From Penicillus capitatus (taxonomy: Eukaryota > Plantae > Chlorophyta): a stretch of DNA of 64,000 nt. Positions within the stretch are counted from its first letter, which is position 1, and each line of letters begins with the position of its first letter. Shown here one piece after another: positions 47,428-61,026 of this stretch. The stretch lies in assembly GCA_965649825.1 (NCBI GenBank), contig OZ287705.1:372001-436000 (forward strand), in the 5' to 3' direction. The notes beneath the pieces are model-generated. The model saw only the letters and a list, made by a program, of their open reading frames with translations, ran no database searches and was not told the origin of the DNA. The position numbers and the translations under genes are program-made.

Positions 47428-49813
47428 TCAGGGACATTCGGACGCATCATTTCCTCCACTCTGTCTGCTGCGTCTGTCCTCCTTTCGCGCGAAGATTCCT
47501 AAATACTTGTGCCAGATCAATGGGTTACTGCGATGCACGACTTTGCAGTAGAGACGATCACTGAGTTCCACTTCGTGTGGAGAATTATCAGCGAGCTGCA
47601 CCTTCGTGCGTACGCCGATCTTGACGTATGTTCTGTCTGTTGGGCCAAAAAAGGGCGAGATGGAGTCCAGTGTCGGAGAGAGGATGCGTTTTGGATCGAA
47701 GGAGATCAAGGCGGTGACGGATCCGTTCTCGATCCGCTGAACGAAGTCCAGCGACTGCTCTTCGGCATCCGACACCTTTACGGTGACCGATGCGATGCCT
47801 TCGACGGGGAGGAGCAGCTGAGGGTCGTACGACAGGCGCATCCGAAGGCGGAGGCTCTCGGAGAGTCTAAGAATGTAGACCGGGTCGTGCGGAAGGCGGT
47901 TGTCGAAGAAAGTAAGAGGCGCTTCGGTCCTCCTGTCGTAGAACGGAAGCGAGGGATCGCTGTCGTCGGCGAACTGCTGGACGTCCAGTTGGCGATTTAG
48001 ATGGCGGTGCACGGCGTGAAGCGTCGACGACTCGCTCCGCTGAGGATCCAGATCCGGCGGCAGATGCTCGGACGCCAACTATGAAGAGCGAGACTCGGAC
48101 GTCATCCGACCGAAAGAGCAGCACCTACCTCGTCCACGGCGTCGGCTCTCTGGTACACGTCTGTCGCCGATCGGAAGAGGACGTCCTCCAGAGCCTCCGT
48201 CGCCGTTCTCCTCTTCTCCGGATCTCTCTGCAGCAGCGATTCGACGAAGTGAAGGCTCTGCTGCTCGATGGCGTCTTCGATGCGTCCTCTGCGGTTGGCC
48301 GACAGCCACCTCTTGACGGTTCTCTCGGCAGAGACAGGCTTCTGTTCCAACTGCCTCTCTATCAGGTCTGGAATCCCGTCCGCATCGATGATGTGGGAAC
48401 CTGGTGTTAGAAGAAGCCACTTGCAAGGGAGACCGTCCAGAGCACGGCTTACTGGTCAGGACCTCGAAGGCGAGGAGGCCGAAGGACCACATGTCCATCG
48501 AAGGCTTCGCACAGACGCTCCCGTGCCCTCTCTCGAGTGACTGAGTTATGTCCGGACACGTGTATCTGCATGCGTTCGGCTGGACGGTGGACTCTCCGGT
48601 GGGCAGCGCGCTCGACAGGTTGACGAGCTTCCACGAGAAGTCGTCGGCAAACCACATGATGTGCGTCGAATCCAGGCTGCCGTGGACGATTCCCTGACCG
48701 TGACTGTACTCGAGCGCTTCCAGCACCTGAGCACACCAACGCAGACGTCAGTCATCACACGTCGATCGACAAACGCGACGTACCGAGTATAGAATCGCTT
48801 TCTGTTCGATAGGACTCAGCTGACGGTGGGACATCCTGTCGGCTAGTGTGTAACGGCCTCTTTCCAGCACCAGACACGGAGGGAAGCCGTGGATGCTCTC
48901 CATGCTGTCCAGCATCCTGCACAGGCGACGCCAATGAGTGAACGGACTCCCATCAGACGATGTCTGTCGTCACCTGCAAACAAATCTGGCACCGTTCTGC
49001 AGTGCTCTGTGCGCTTTCGTCGCGTTTTCGAATTCACACAGACTTCCTGGGAAGAACTTCAGGAAAACCTCTTGCCCGGTCGACCGCTCCACTGCATATC
49101 GGCAATGTGGACTATCATGAAGTACTTCAGGTTGGATCCGGTACCTGCTCCAAAGATGGACGCAGTGAACAGAAGACAGACACCGTCTGACCGCACCTTC
49201 CAGCGAACAGGCATCCACTCTCAAGCGCGTCCAGCCTCATTTCAATGTCCATGAGGCCGCTGTCTCTGTCGGTGTCAAGAAGATCGCGAGTCGAACGTTC
49301 GTCCGCCACGAGACGGCCTGAGATGCTGGATGAAGACGCGTTGCGCCACGCGTCTGTCGGGCACTGTGGTTGGGCAGCCGAGCTAGTCGGCTCCGAGGTC
49401 GCCGTCGCCATGCGCGTGTCCATGCGAGGCGGCGCGCGGCGTCCTGCACGCAGGCGATCCGTCTTGCCGCCGCCGAGAGCGACGGCTTTACCAACGGCCT
49501 TCCTCTCAGCGTCATCGCCACTCGGATTTTCATTCGACGATTCCCCTTCACCCATGTCGTCGCCCTCAGCATTTCGCGACACGTGCCTCGTCGTTGTCGG
49601 CGCCGCCGTTCGACGTGGCCTCCGCAGATGCGGCACGTCTGACGACGCCCTTCCACGCCTTGCCGTTCGGAGTAACCCCATGCTCGAGTTCGTTGACCCG
49701 CCGATGGATGGCAGCTGGAGACATCGATGCTGAAGACGGCTGCGAAGTCGCGCAAATGCCGACGGTCGTTTCCCCTCGGCCACTGAGGCCTCCTGCGTGC
49801 TGTCCGCTGTCAT
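47428..49813 (-). CDS. K5: multi-exon pseudokinase + domain X
   Basis: ATG 49813; SGCLFAGR|YRIQPE..VFLKFF..FVCS|MESIHGFPPCLVLERGRYTL..|VLEAL..VHGSLDSTH..KLVNLS..TCPD..DMWSFG..LLQRDPEKRRTA..| domain X (ORF 47428-48078). Confidence 0.85.
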
Positions 49814-50290
49814 ATCTCCTACGGACACGGAGCAGAACGCATTATCAATGCATGACCGAGCACGATGCTCTGAAGAATCTGCTGGCTGTTCTCCCTACCG
49901 CGATGATGGTTGTGCAGTGGCATCGCGATGCGTCGACCGACTGGCTGTTCGCCGTTTGGAGGCGGAGACGACACCTGCCGAGGACTGTTAAAAAGAACAA
50001 CGCAGGCGAACAATGCACGCAGTGGGAAACCGAAAACGGGGCAGTACAGATCGGACAGCTGTGCGTCATGTCAATGGCATATCTCACTGACGAAAGAAGC
50101 TTCGCAGCAGCAGAGCGGAGAAAGGCAAAACCGAGAAAACAACAATACATACAGTCTTGAGGTCTACAAGTCAACAGTGCCAGGGCAGTTTTCCGTATAT
50201 TGTCAATTATCTTATACCGTAGACCACTTCTCTCTTTGATGACGCATCCTGTAGTCATCGTCCATTTGCTTGTTCATGATTGTCCTTGTT

Positions 50291-50953
50291 TTAAAGGTTT
50301 TCGGGGAAACAGGTGTACCTTGGCGCTGGTGGGCGATTTCCACAAGCGACATTCCTGGTGCTGTCTCGAGCATGTTTGCCAAATCTCCCTCTGGGCGACA
50401 TCTTCGTCTTGAATTCACGAAGCATACATCGCAGCATTGTTCGAATGAACTGCGAAAAGCGCTTCCACAGATACAGAAGACAAAGGCATGTGTATCGAGG
50501 CCCGTTGTCCAGCGGATCTATCTCCGTGGCGGGATGTCTGGAGGAGTTCGGTTGGTGGCAGACATCGAAGCGTGGAAAGAGTCGGCGAGGTGACGCGGCA
50601 TTCTCATTCTGTCTCGCCTCCTTTGTCACGTCAGCAAATGTCGTCACAGATATGGTGGCTTCGCAGAACAATCGCCCGCAGAAGGCGCGTTGTTCTTCGG
50701 TGTTAATGAAGCCGTCGTCAAAAGAGTCCAGAGATATGGATGGAGCTACGGCATTGTTGTTCACGCATTCGTGAACAACGAGGTCCGAGTAATGGTCACA
50801 AGGTGTTCCGTATTCTGGGCTGAGTGAGAATGGAATGTGAGATGGAGCGGCATCCTTATCGTCAACATCATGGACTCCTGCGAAAGGCACGTTAAAACGA
50901 GGGCGTGTTTTTGATGTGACGCGCTCACCTTCGACGTCGGTGTTTGCCGACAT
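50291..50953 (-). CDS. Hypothetical ORF (220 aa); possibly an upstream exon of K5 or of an orphan gene
   Basis: ATG-started 220-codon ORF with no recognisable motif; supported by length only. Confidence 0.3.
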   Translation of the reverse strand: MSANTDVEGERVTSKTRPRFNVPFAGVHDVDDKDAAPSHIPFSLSPEYGTPCDHYSDLVVHECVNNNAVAPSISLDSFDDGFINTEEQRAFCGRLFCEATISVTTFADVTKEARQNENAASPRRLFPRFDVCHQPNSSRHPATEIDPLDNGPRYTCLCLLYLWKRFSQFIRTMLRCMLREFKTKMSPRGRFGKHARDSTRNVACGNRPPAPRYTCFPENL

Positions 50954-52695
50954 GGCGTTCAGTTAAGTAGAGAGAACAGAAAATAAGAACAACGTAGAAA
51001 CTGGAATACCGGCGGTAGAAATGACGCTTCAGGAAGCAGGACTTTAAGTTTCTTGTTGTCTAACAGATCGCCCTTTCGAAGCAAGGAGCTCTGAAAGAAA
51101 AACAAATGTGTCGCGCTGCAGGCAATGGACCCTTCAGTCGTTGTGTGTGACATGTGCATTTCTGAGAGGTCGCTGGACGCCGACCGATTTGGCCGCCTTT
51201 AAGGAACGGTGAAACGTTTTTTGAATGGTGGTGGATTCTACTTCTTCTCGGATGTTGTAATGTTGACGGTAAAACGTTCGTAAGGACTCGTTTCTACATT
51301 TACAGATCCTTCGACGCATGCTGTTTCTTGTAGCAGAGTGTTCCGAAACGTGACTAGGCGTTGTAAGATAACTTGCCCTTTCGAAATGCAAAAAATCGGC
51401 GACCGCGGTGGCCCGAGCGCTCTCTGCGGAAAATGCGCCGAAGCGATCCGCGGGGTCTGACGGAAGTGACAAGCGGAGGATACCGGTGCGATTCTTTCTC
51501 TCCGTCGTCGCAGTAGCTAATCTGTCGACGCTTGCAGCTGCGTCTCTACTGGGTGACTCTACGTTCGCCAGATCCAACCGGTTTCTTGCCGCTGGCGATA
51601 TTCTCGCAGACTCGAGCCTCGTGGTCATGCGAGATGGCGATGATCTTCAGTGAATTGGACCATACACAGGACGGAAGGGTTTTAGCATTCGGTGTTTGGG
51701 CAGGACGAAGAGAGTAGCAGTTTTTAACGTAGCTTCTGTACGACCACGACGACAGCGTCGCGAGACTTTAAAAGAATTCGCGACGACGTGACTGATCACT
51801 TTAGAGAACAAACGGACATGAGATTCCTGTCGCGGTGGTACAACCGCCCTTACTCTGTCACATCGTCGTGACCCCTATCCCGACACGTAGTTTCAAGTAG
51901 TCGCATCAGCGAGACCTGTGAGTACAGAAACGGCAGACAATCTGCTTCCAGGCATTGAACGCAGTCGAAAATGTCGATCAATGAGCTGACGTCGGCGCTT
52001 GACGTCTCGAGAGCTCAGGAAGGAATCGGAACCGTCGTCTGACATCTCCTCGACAGAGAACGCGTTTCATTAGTTTTTTAAACGAGCAAGTCGAAGTTCA
52101 GAGCTGACCTCTCAGAGCTCGCATGTCACATCAGCTTGAAAAGGTTTGTTTGCACTTTGCTGTGACCTAGTTCTGCTGTGTGAAACCTGCCTCTCGTTCT
52201 CGTTTGCGTCCTCTTTGACAGCTTCACAACAGACATGTCACATCAGCTGCCCTATTTGTAAAGCGACGACGTACAGTCAGTGTCGCCCATTCGCGCTCAA
52301 ACGTCGTGTTTCGTATCAACCACTACCCACATCGATACTTCAACGAATTAACGCATTCACTGTAACCTTCGTTATGCCAACACGCGTCACCTCTGCTGGG
52401 ACAAGACAAAGCAGCCGCGCAAGAAGAATCAGCCGGCTACTAACGGAATTCTTCCGCAGCCTCCGCTCGACGTCATCTTCACGCCGTCTGTCTTTCGACA
52501 CTCGCGGCGCTGGTCCAACCGTTGGTGTGCTGCACAGAAAATTCCACCTCCAACCACGCGCCAGACATCGTCGACGCAAACAGTTCTGAAGGTCAAAGCT
52601 ATAAGACTGAGGTTCAACGCGGACGTCGGAATGGAGCTGCTGAATCTTCGGAAACGGGTGCTCTGAACGACGCGCCTCCGGAGAACTGCACTCCG

Positions 52696-53662
52696 ATGAC
52701 ATCTTCGTCGAACATTCCGCCACCTGCCGCTGAACCTCCTGTCGCGACCGACACGGAACAGGACGTGGCACTAACGCCGTCGACGCAAAGCGGTGCATCG
52801 CGTTTCGTTTATTACCGGGCGGAATCGGTCGTCGCTCCTAGGTCTCCCGCCAGATACCTCAGCCAACCACGCAGAAGGGTCCCAAACTCGCGAAGACGTG
52901 GTGGTCCTCCATGCTCTCCCACACATGTCACTCTAAACGGAGGGTGTTCGTTTGCAGGCATCTACTGCCTGGCCACCGTCTGGCGAGGGTCATATCACTA
53001 CTGAGGGAGCGTGGGAGCTGCTCAAGAAGCAACTGAACATCAAGCCGGGAGTGTTCTTCTTCGAGAAGGACAGTAACGAAAGCGACCACTTTTCGCAGAG
53101 AGCGGCACGCCCTGCACAGTTTTTCTCGGACAGACACCTTAAGAATGCGCCCATCTTTGTAAGGAAGACTGGCAGATTTGGAAGGCTCGTCCTCACCAGC
53201 GAGAACGCACATTGCTTCAACATTGCGGTACGGGCAACGAAGGTGGTGCTCAGAGTCAAAGATGGAGGGGGAATGGCCCAGCCTCGCGATTTCTGGCAAG
53301 ATCCAGATTCCGAGTCGCGGGAGATTGTGATCCACATGGACGGCGACGTCTTCGGATGCGATGCGATGAACACACCCTGTCTAGAACGCCGCACCATAGA
53401 AGACAAGTATGTGAAGATGGTGGTCCAGGTCAGCTTCGTCATCGATGAGGACGGAGACATCGAGAGAACCGAAGACATTCCGATATACTGGCAAATACAC
53501 AGTGGGTGTCTTCAGGAGCATCTGGTGCTGCGATGGAAGCATCTCAAGGAGAAAGTTCCGCAGGTTTTCAGGACGGCGACCCAAGCTACGGAAGATGTGA
53601 CGCTCGGCCGCATCTGGCCGATGAAGGGGACAACGCGGAAGCCGGCTGACGGAAACCCTTAG
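52696..53662 (+). CDS. Xe: divergent kinase-less domain X protein with Pro/Ser-rich N-terminus
   Basis: ORF 52952-53662: FFSDRHLKNAPIFVRKTGRFGRLVLTS..IVIHMDGDVF..RRTIEDKYVKMVVQVSFVI..IYWQI. The upstream exon junction is inferred. Confidence 0.7.
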
Positions 53663-53831
53663 CCATTCATTGTCACGCTGCGCACACTGTCTCGGAATGT
53701 GGCGCGAGACGGAGGCAGCAGGACGCGCTCTGTTGCTATGCTGTCTCAATTGCTGTACAAAACAAGATCCGTATCGTGCTCCGATCATCATATCCCGCAC
53801 TCTTCAAAGAATTCAGAAAAGGGCCCACGCA

Positions 53832-53855
53832 TCTGTCTGTCTGTCTGTCTGTCTG
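53832..53855. repeat. (TCTG)6 microsatellite
   Basis: Six perfect TCTG units read directly. Confidence 0.9.
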
Positions 53856-56800
53856 TGGCTCTGCACAAGGCCAGTGATGTGTGACGCCTCGTTGATGTGA
53901 CATCGGAGCCATGACGGCATCTGTTTTCGTGACCTTCGGCGTAAATGACTCTCTCCGCCATCACTTCTCGTATCGGAGAAACCATTCATGTCTTGCACAT
54001 TTGATGATCTTCTGTCACAAGATCGATATCGACCTTGCCCTTCATGAACTTCTTTTGTACTTTCGTATGTCTCGAATCACACCTGAATCTCCGGAAAGCC
54101 ATCTAATCTCCCTTACCGAATAGAGCTCGTGTTTTATGAGAGCAAACAGCAAAATTCGGTCATACTGTCACATCTCTTTGTACACCGACGATACTGTAAA
54201 GGTCACACTACGCTGTGGTTCGTCTCGATGCGTAAGGCTTTGCCGATTGTTGATGCGCGTGCGATCTTATCTAGCATTTCCAAAATGTCTCCATCGATCA
54301 GGTGTGGATAGATGCCGGTAAAGGAAGAACGAAGTGTGATCTCATTGACAAAGGAGCGATTCTATGACTGTTTCGAATACACCCTCTGGTGCAGCTCTGC
54401 AGCGCTACTCCCCTCGCACTTTGAGATCATCCTTCCTCTCACCAATCGCGTTGCCAGACGAAAGGATTTCGGCAAGGTATGCGATCTGCTAATTGTACAC
54501 GACGGATACGAGACGTCTATTGTCTACAGCGCCTCATGGCTATTACAGAAACACACACGGCAGACAGATACTTATTCGCCGCCGTCATGGATAAACTTCG
54601 TCCAAAAGCGACGCATTGTACATACAACAGTATCAGCAAGCCGCCAGAATACAAGCACAGCGCCTAGTGTTGTACAACTAGTATATAGGGTCAGTGATCT
54701 TCATTCATTCCTCAGTACTGTCAACGAACCCGAATAGCAGAAAGATCAATGGCCGGCAGTGATGCTGTCATCACGTGCAGACGTTACCTGCTAACATGTC
54801 ACGGAAGTGTGAGGTAGTCGCGTTTGTCATTGGTTCGTTCGTACCTCGAATATCGACGTTATCTGACGGCACGTCTCCTTCGAGAAGGGAGCCCTTTCAC
54901 ACCGTACGGTCTCCCTCCAGTGTCGTCGCTCGTCGATGTTTTTGCCTTGCACGAATGCTTCTTGACGGTGTCTGGCGACGAAACTCGTTTCGTGCGCGCT
55001 TTGGATTTTTCTCCCGGCTTCGTTGGCAACAGGCGCCGGCACCTGGCGAATGCGTTTCCCATTCAGTCGTCCGGAGCTGAAACACAAAGAGCAATTGAGT
55101 ACTGCTGAGGAAAAAAGTGAGACACCCGAGTGCCTACCAGTCGAGGAGGCGCGTTGCGTGGTGGCACTCGTTGAGACTCTTCCACACAGTCGGATAGAGT
55201 GAAAGCGGCCAAGACGAAGCTGCACACGGCAAGCCTCAGTTAGGCAGATGCGAGATGCCTTTCTCGTCTGTCAAGGAGACAGCCAGCCTCTCTCTTGCAA
55301 GTGGTGCCGAACAACAGTGTTGGGCAGTTAATGAGGACACGTGCCTCTGAGACGCTCTTTCGATATCTAGAGACCTAAATGGGCTTGACACGAGGTGAGA
55401 AGATCATTGGACGTGGATGAGAAGTCACAGTTCGGTGACGTGTGCAGAGCAACTGCTGACCTGTCCGACTGCCCGTCCCTTTGATGCGTTCATTGCGGAC
55501 CATCAATACCATCCGTCGTCATGATCGAAGTCGCGTGAGGCGGATCCACCATCTGCGTTTCCCTACGACGAACAGACATCGCGAAAGTGAACGGCGGGCG
55601 CACAGTAAAAGACGAGTGCGTTTCCAGCCTTCTCTCGCTGGACAGATGGCCGCATGGCAACCGCAATCTGTGTCAGACGCCGGCTTAGAGGTCAAGGACT
55701 GCTTGAACATCTTCTGGTTTCGGCTAGCTCTTGTTCTCAGACCGGCCGATGGAAGGGAGTCAGTCATGCATTGTTCGGCAGATCGATGGATGCTCCAGTC
55801 TGCCTGACCGTGCCATCAAAAATGGAATTCATTATGAGTTCACATAAACGGGAACCCTCGCTCTTCCTTCGGCACTCCGGCTCTTGTGATTATTCGAATC
55901 GCTGCGCAACGGGAGAGAGAAATCAGATGCGAGAGTGATCGGAGGATAGCAAAGTGGCGGAGCTGAGCACCACACGCGCCTTCTGTGCAGTGGAGCGGGA
56001 CCCATTCTTTGCTGCCAGATGACAGGAATGCGGTTGATGTGGTGGATGCAGTTGTTTCTCGGACCCCCGCGTGCGGGTCTGCGAAGAAATGCCCTCCTCC
56101 TTGCGGCGTGATGCTGCCGGCCATTGCAGCGTCGTCCACTGGTCAGACAACGAAACCGTCCAGATTCATTCAGCTGCAGGCGCTGCGTGTCCGCCGTCCC
56201 CGCATCGTTTTCGGAAGAAGGCACTGGAGTGATATCTCACTCAAATCTCCTCTGACGCATTCAGTGAAGGCAGATGCCGTCGCATCGAAGAGACGTCCTG
56301 TCACATCTGAAGGTTTTGAAATGACGGACCCGTGGGCCCAGAAGAAGAAAGAAGTTACGAACAAGCCTAAGGCTGGCGGCAGTCTGCCATGAGTGAGCAA
56401 ACTCTGCTCCTAGCAGTCTAGCATCATACGTAGAAGTGGAGTCATCATCCAACATGACTGTTTCCGAGAAAGAATTGGGTGGGGGACCTTCCCCTGGAGA
56501 GCAGAAGAAGGCCATGCAACAACAAACGAAGTCGAAGAGAAGAGTCCTTCCTCTTCACTCCATGGAGTCGGATGTCGCGATACTTGTCTGTCGTTGAAGG
56601 AATGACATGCAGATTTTATGAATGACGCTTCCACTTATTCCTCTATTCCTTGTGCCTGACTGACATCCTTTGCCGCTCTTTGTTGGTTTTAGCGTTTCTG
56701 TTTGTAAAGGCCGGTGGACTTCGCAATTGCTCAGTTTCAGGAGAGCGAAAAGACTTCTCATGGGCAGAATAGCGAGCGAGACATCCAGTACCTCTCTCAG

Positions 56801-57146
56801 AAGCATCAGAGTTCACTGTCTTCGCTGGATTTTCTTAGAAAAGGGGCAGATGCCTTTCATGACGTGTTTCAACGGCGGTCTATATTGCCGACGTGAAGGC
56901 ATCTACCGTGCTGTCGTATGCGAGTCGCGCGCAGAATCTAACTTTTCGCAACCGTCTCGCATTAGGACGCAGACGTGTCTTCTGAAATTCGAGAGAAGTT
57001 ATAATATTTGACACATGGTTACACGTGTGAGACAATGACAATGCCAAATTATATAAATCAACCTCATGACCCAAAAGAATGTGAAAAGTGTTTGCTGACG
57101 ACGACCGAATCCGTTTTTACGGGTACCACAACAGACTTAAGGAAAT

Positions 57147-59328
57147 ATGTCTGTGCAGACACGCTTCCATCGACGTCGGAAAACGAACATCGTCACTGGA
57201 GAGAGGAGAGAATGCGACAGCGGGGCCTTCGAGTGTTCTCCCTTTGCATCCGACCACATCGGAAATGAGGGCTCAGCGCATGAGAGTCCCAAGACGCTTC
57301 GGGCACTCCACGAACCCTTCGCCGTCGACATTGGAAACCACAGTGCACCTGCGGCAGGAGACAGAGACACACAGGTGTTGGCTGCTGCTGACGTGCTGCA
57401 GGGACGCGGGTCGACGGAACGGTTGAAGGTGAGCTCCCTTTCAGCCCGCTTGGCTCAACAAATACACCGTCTGCAGGATTGCGGGCTAACAGAGGAGGAC
57501 GGAGCAGCTGACGACCATGCGTTGCTCTCTCGCGTGCTGGTCGGCGGATATGTCCTCGACGACAGGTGAGATTCCTGCCTCGCTGTGCTGCTGGACGACC
57601 CGATGTGTGTTGAAGATATGAGATAAAGAGTGAGAAGGTTTCCTCTTTACACTTCTGTCGCTTTGCAAGAGACCGTTTCGCAGCACAAGACGTCTTCCTG
57701 AAGTTCTACTCGCGATCCTCGACCGAACTCGAACATACAGCCATGATGCATGAGAAGCTGAAGGACAGCTATGCGGTCTGCAAGTGAGATCTTCGACTCA
57801 TGTCGCCTGAGGATGACGGCGTGCTTGGTGCAGGTTGATCGACATCTTGCCGAGTCCAGAGGGCCTTCCCCCATGTCTCGTCTTCGAAGCGGGCAGCCTC
57901 ACGCTGAAAGAGAGACTCGAGAAGAGACCACTGTCTCCCGTCGAACAGCAAGATATGCTGCACTCGGTAAGTCCGCTGTCTGATCCTGAATCCCAGGCGT
58001 TCTACTCGTGTGGCAGATCTTGCGGGCGCTAAGCGACGTGCATGGTCGTAATGTCGTGCACGGATGTCTGGATCCTTCCCATGTCGTCTGGTTCGAAACA
58101 GACTTCTGCTGGAAGCTCGTTAACCTCAGTGCGGCTTCGGCAGTCGGCGATCCCATTCGCAAGAATGTCAGGGGTTCTCCTGTCTACGCCGCACCGGAGG
58201 TTCTGGAGGCAGCCGAACAGGATCCGGGAGATGCGCGATCGAACACCTCTTCGGATATGTGGTTCTTCGGTCTCATCGCCTACGGAGTTCTGACAGGTCC
58301 ACTCTCTGCGGCGGCAACACACGTCTCACTCCATGCCTGCCTTCAGGAGCCCGTGTAGTCGATGCTGTGGGTGTCAAGAGACACCTCGCCCGCGAGAGAT
58401 CTCGCCTAAAACGGAAACCTGGGGCACGTGTCGCATGGAATGCGTCTGCAGACCAGCCATCGAAACCCGTCGAGCAGCTCTTGATGGAGCTCGACTTTGT
58501 CTTGAATCTGTTGGACGATGACCCGTCCGAGCGCAGAACGGCGGCAGACATACTCGAGGCGGCAGAGTTTGGAGACACTGCAGACAACGACGATTTGGTG
58601 ACTGTCCTGGACAATGTGAGCTCTCTCCGCACTCGATCACTTTTTACCAGATCCTCTTTGCGTAGGTCCTCTCCGGTCGCGGTGTGTTGGACAACAATGC
58701 CCACGGTCTAGGCAGATGGCTGATTTGTCATGTGGCATCTCAACATCTGGACATCTCCCTCTCCGTCGAGCGCTTTGCCCACGACGACAAATCGGGGCTG
58801 GCGTTCTACGAGCGTGGCTTCAAGAAGATCAGGACCATCTCCGACGCGTTCCTGCCAAAGGACCCTGTGTACGTGCTGACGGCGGGAAAGAGCTTTGGCA
58901 TCCGGATCTCCATCAAACACGACAGGCAGTTCCGCTATCCTCTCTGGAAGATCGCATCTGTTAGGATCATCCTACCCGACAGCGAAGGCGTCGACGTGAC
59001 AGTAATGCAGTGTCACGGAGATCACATAGTGGACGCTCTGGCGCATGTCGATCCGTCGACACTCGACTCCGACAGATTGATCACCGAGAGTCCGATCTTG
59101 GGTCTGCTGGAGGACAAGTACGTGCGATTGACCGTCCACGTGAAGCTGCGACTGGGAAACGGCTTCCCCTACGAGATCGATGCGTATCCCGTCGTCTACC
59201 TGCAGCTCAGACGCCCGACCAGACGACTGAAACTTCGAAGGAATCTGAAGAGATGCAAAGAAGCTGCCGCAGCTGCGTTGAGCCATAAGAGGACTCCAAT
59301 TCCCGTTCCACCGACTGTTGTTGTGTAA
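57147..59328 (+). CDS. K6: recent paralog of K2 (pseudokinase + domain X)
   Basis: ATG 57147; same exon structure as K2. The domain X exon differs from K2 at 13 of 214 aa by manual alignment. Confidence 0.9.
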
Positions 59329-61026
59329 CGAAGTAGTCTCACACATTTGATGACGGCGCCGCGTCTGGCTTTAAAACGTTAATTGCATCCTGCGCAGAGC
59401 TGTTCTGCAGTGGATCGGAACCCGCTTCAGCAGGCTAAGTGTTACAGATATATTGAAACTGTGGTTTTGACGACCACCTACTCGGTCATAAGTGTGAGTG
59501 AGATCTTCGTTTTCCATATTCTGTGTTATCAGCCGACAACGTTTGCTTCTGTCATCGCTGTCAGAACTAGTAAGAGGAATTCGAGTCCATAGGCTTTCCC
59601 TTCTCTAACCTCTGTTTTTGCTGGATCTGCGATTGATTCGCAGATCTGCTGTGTATCTATATGAACGATGGCAGATCTTTTGTTTCTCACTCCTTTAACA
59701 CACTCTGACGATGATCTTTGTCTCTATGAACGTGAGTAACACGATTTTACTTGGAAACGATCTCTATGCTGTATTGATTCATTGTCGCGGGAAGAAACGA
59801 CTCGAAGCCGCGATCTCGAGTAGCGATGCGCGACGAACCTCGACTCTCTTCTTGCCTTTCGTTGAAGTGCGACGTTGACACAAATCGACGCTGTTACGTA
59901 CTGTATGTGCTCATACCACAAACGTGCTCGTGCGTGCGCAATTGCCACCACACTCTCTCAATCAGGGAGTTCCAGGAAAGACGAACCACCTCGACGTCAG
60001 TTTTCCACATTCGGAAAACCGTCACTCTTTAAATCCAATCTCAGCTTTCTGTACAGCAATACTCCGGAGATCGGACTCTTCAGAAGACAGGTATGTGAAG
60101 AACTGCGACCTGAACAAAATCCTTCGCCCAGCGACAGTGCGTGACACTCGCGTCTAAGCGGCGCCCCGTTCAAGTTGCTCGGAGCCGTCTGCATACTCCC
60201 ACAGTCAACGACAAGCGGCAATTCAAACCTTTTCGTGCATAGCGGCGCTCTATTATCTGGACGCTCTATCGAGATCAATCGACTTGTGTGTGTGGCCTCT
60301 TCTTTACGTAAAGTGGACGACGGGGTGCGCTCTGCTGGTGACGGACGCAATGCGATGCGCCCACTGTCGGAAGATGCGCCTGTCCCTGTCGCGCCCTGCC
60401 TCGAACTTCACCTGCTTTCTCGCAATGTTTTCTCGGTTGAGGGGATGGACGAACGACGATTACTTCTAAGAACCGTGATATCCATCCTTGCTAATGCAGT
60501 CTTCTGTCCTATCCAAACCGATGCTCTTCTAACAAATAAAATGCAGCCTTACATGCCGAACAGTCCAAGTTTACTTTAAACAGCCAAACAGACGGATTTG
60601 ATAACTCAGACTAACATCTGGATTACTTTTTAGGAAAACAGCCTTTTAAAAATCTGTAAACAAAATCTATCATCCAGACAGATCCTTTGGACAATGCTTA
60701 AAGTCGTCAGCATAAACTGCAGCTGATAGCGTTGACAATCTCGTCCAATCGGATGGTATCTATAAAACAAAGCTGAAAAGACATCCCACAGCTCCAGCCA
60801 TCTAAGAGATTTGTTCTGGCAACCATTTGATGTAAAAACAGATTTCTGCTCTTCAATCAACCTCCAGTTTTAAGCACAACCAAAATAAAAGATAAGGAAC
60901 GGTCAGCATCTACATTTCCTAGCCGAATGTCAGACCGTGCTGATTGCGTGATTAGATCCACGCTTTCGCAGTCAGATTTCCCATCATCTTTGTGCACTGA
61001 TGACGTCGAGACCACTGAACTGTTAT

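Noticed and set aside
53911-55225. Candidate genes in ORFs 54312-54737 (+) and 54827-55225 (-)
   Set aside because: No recognisable domain, paralog or consistent exon chain.
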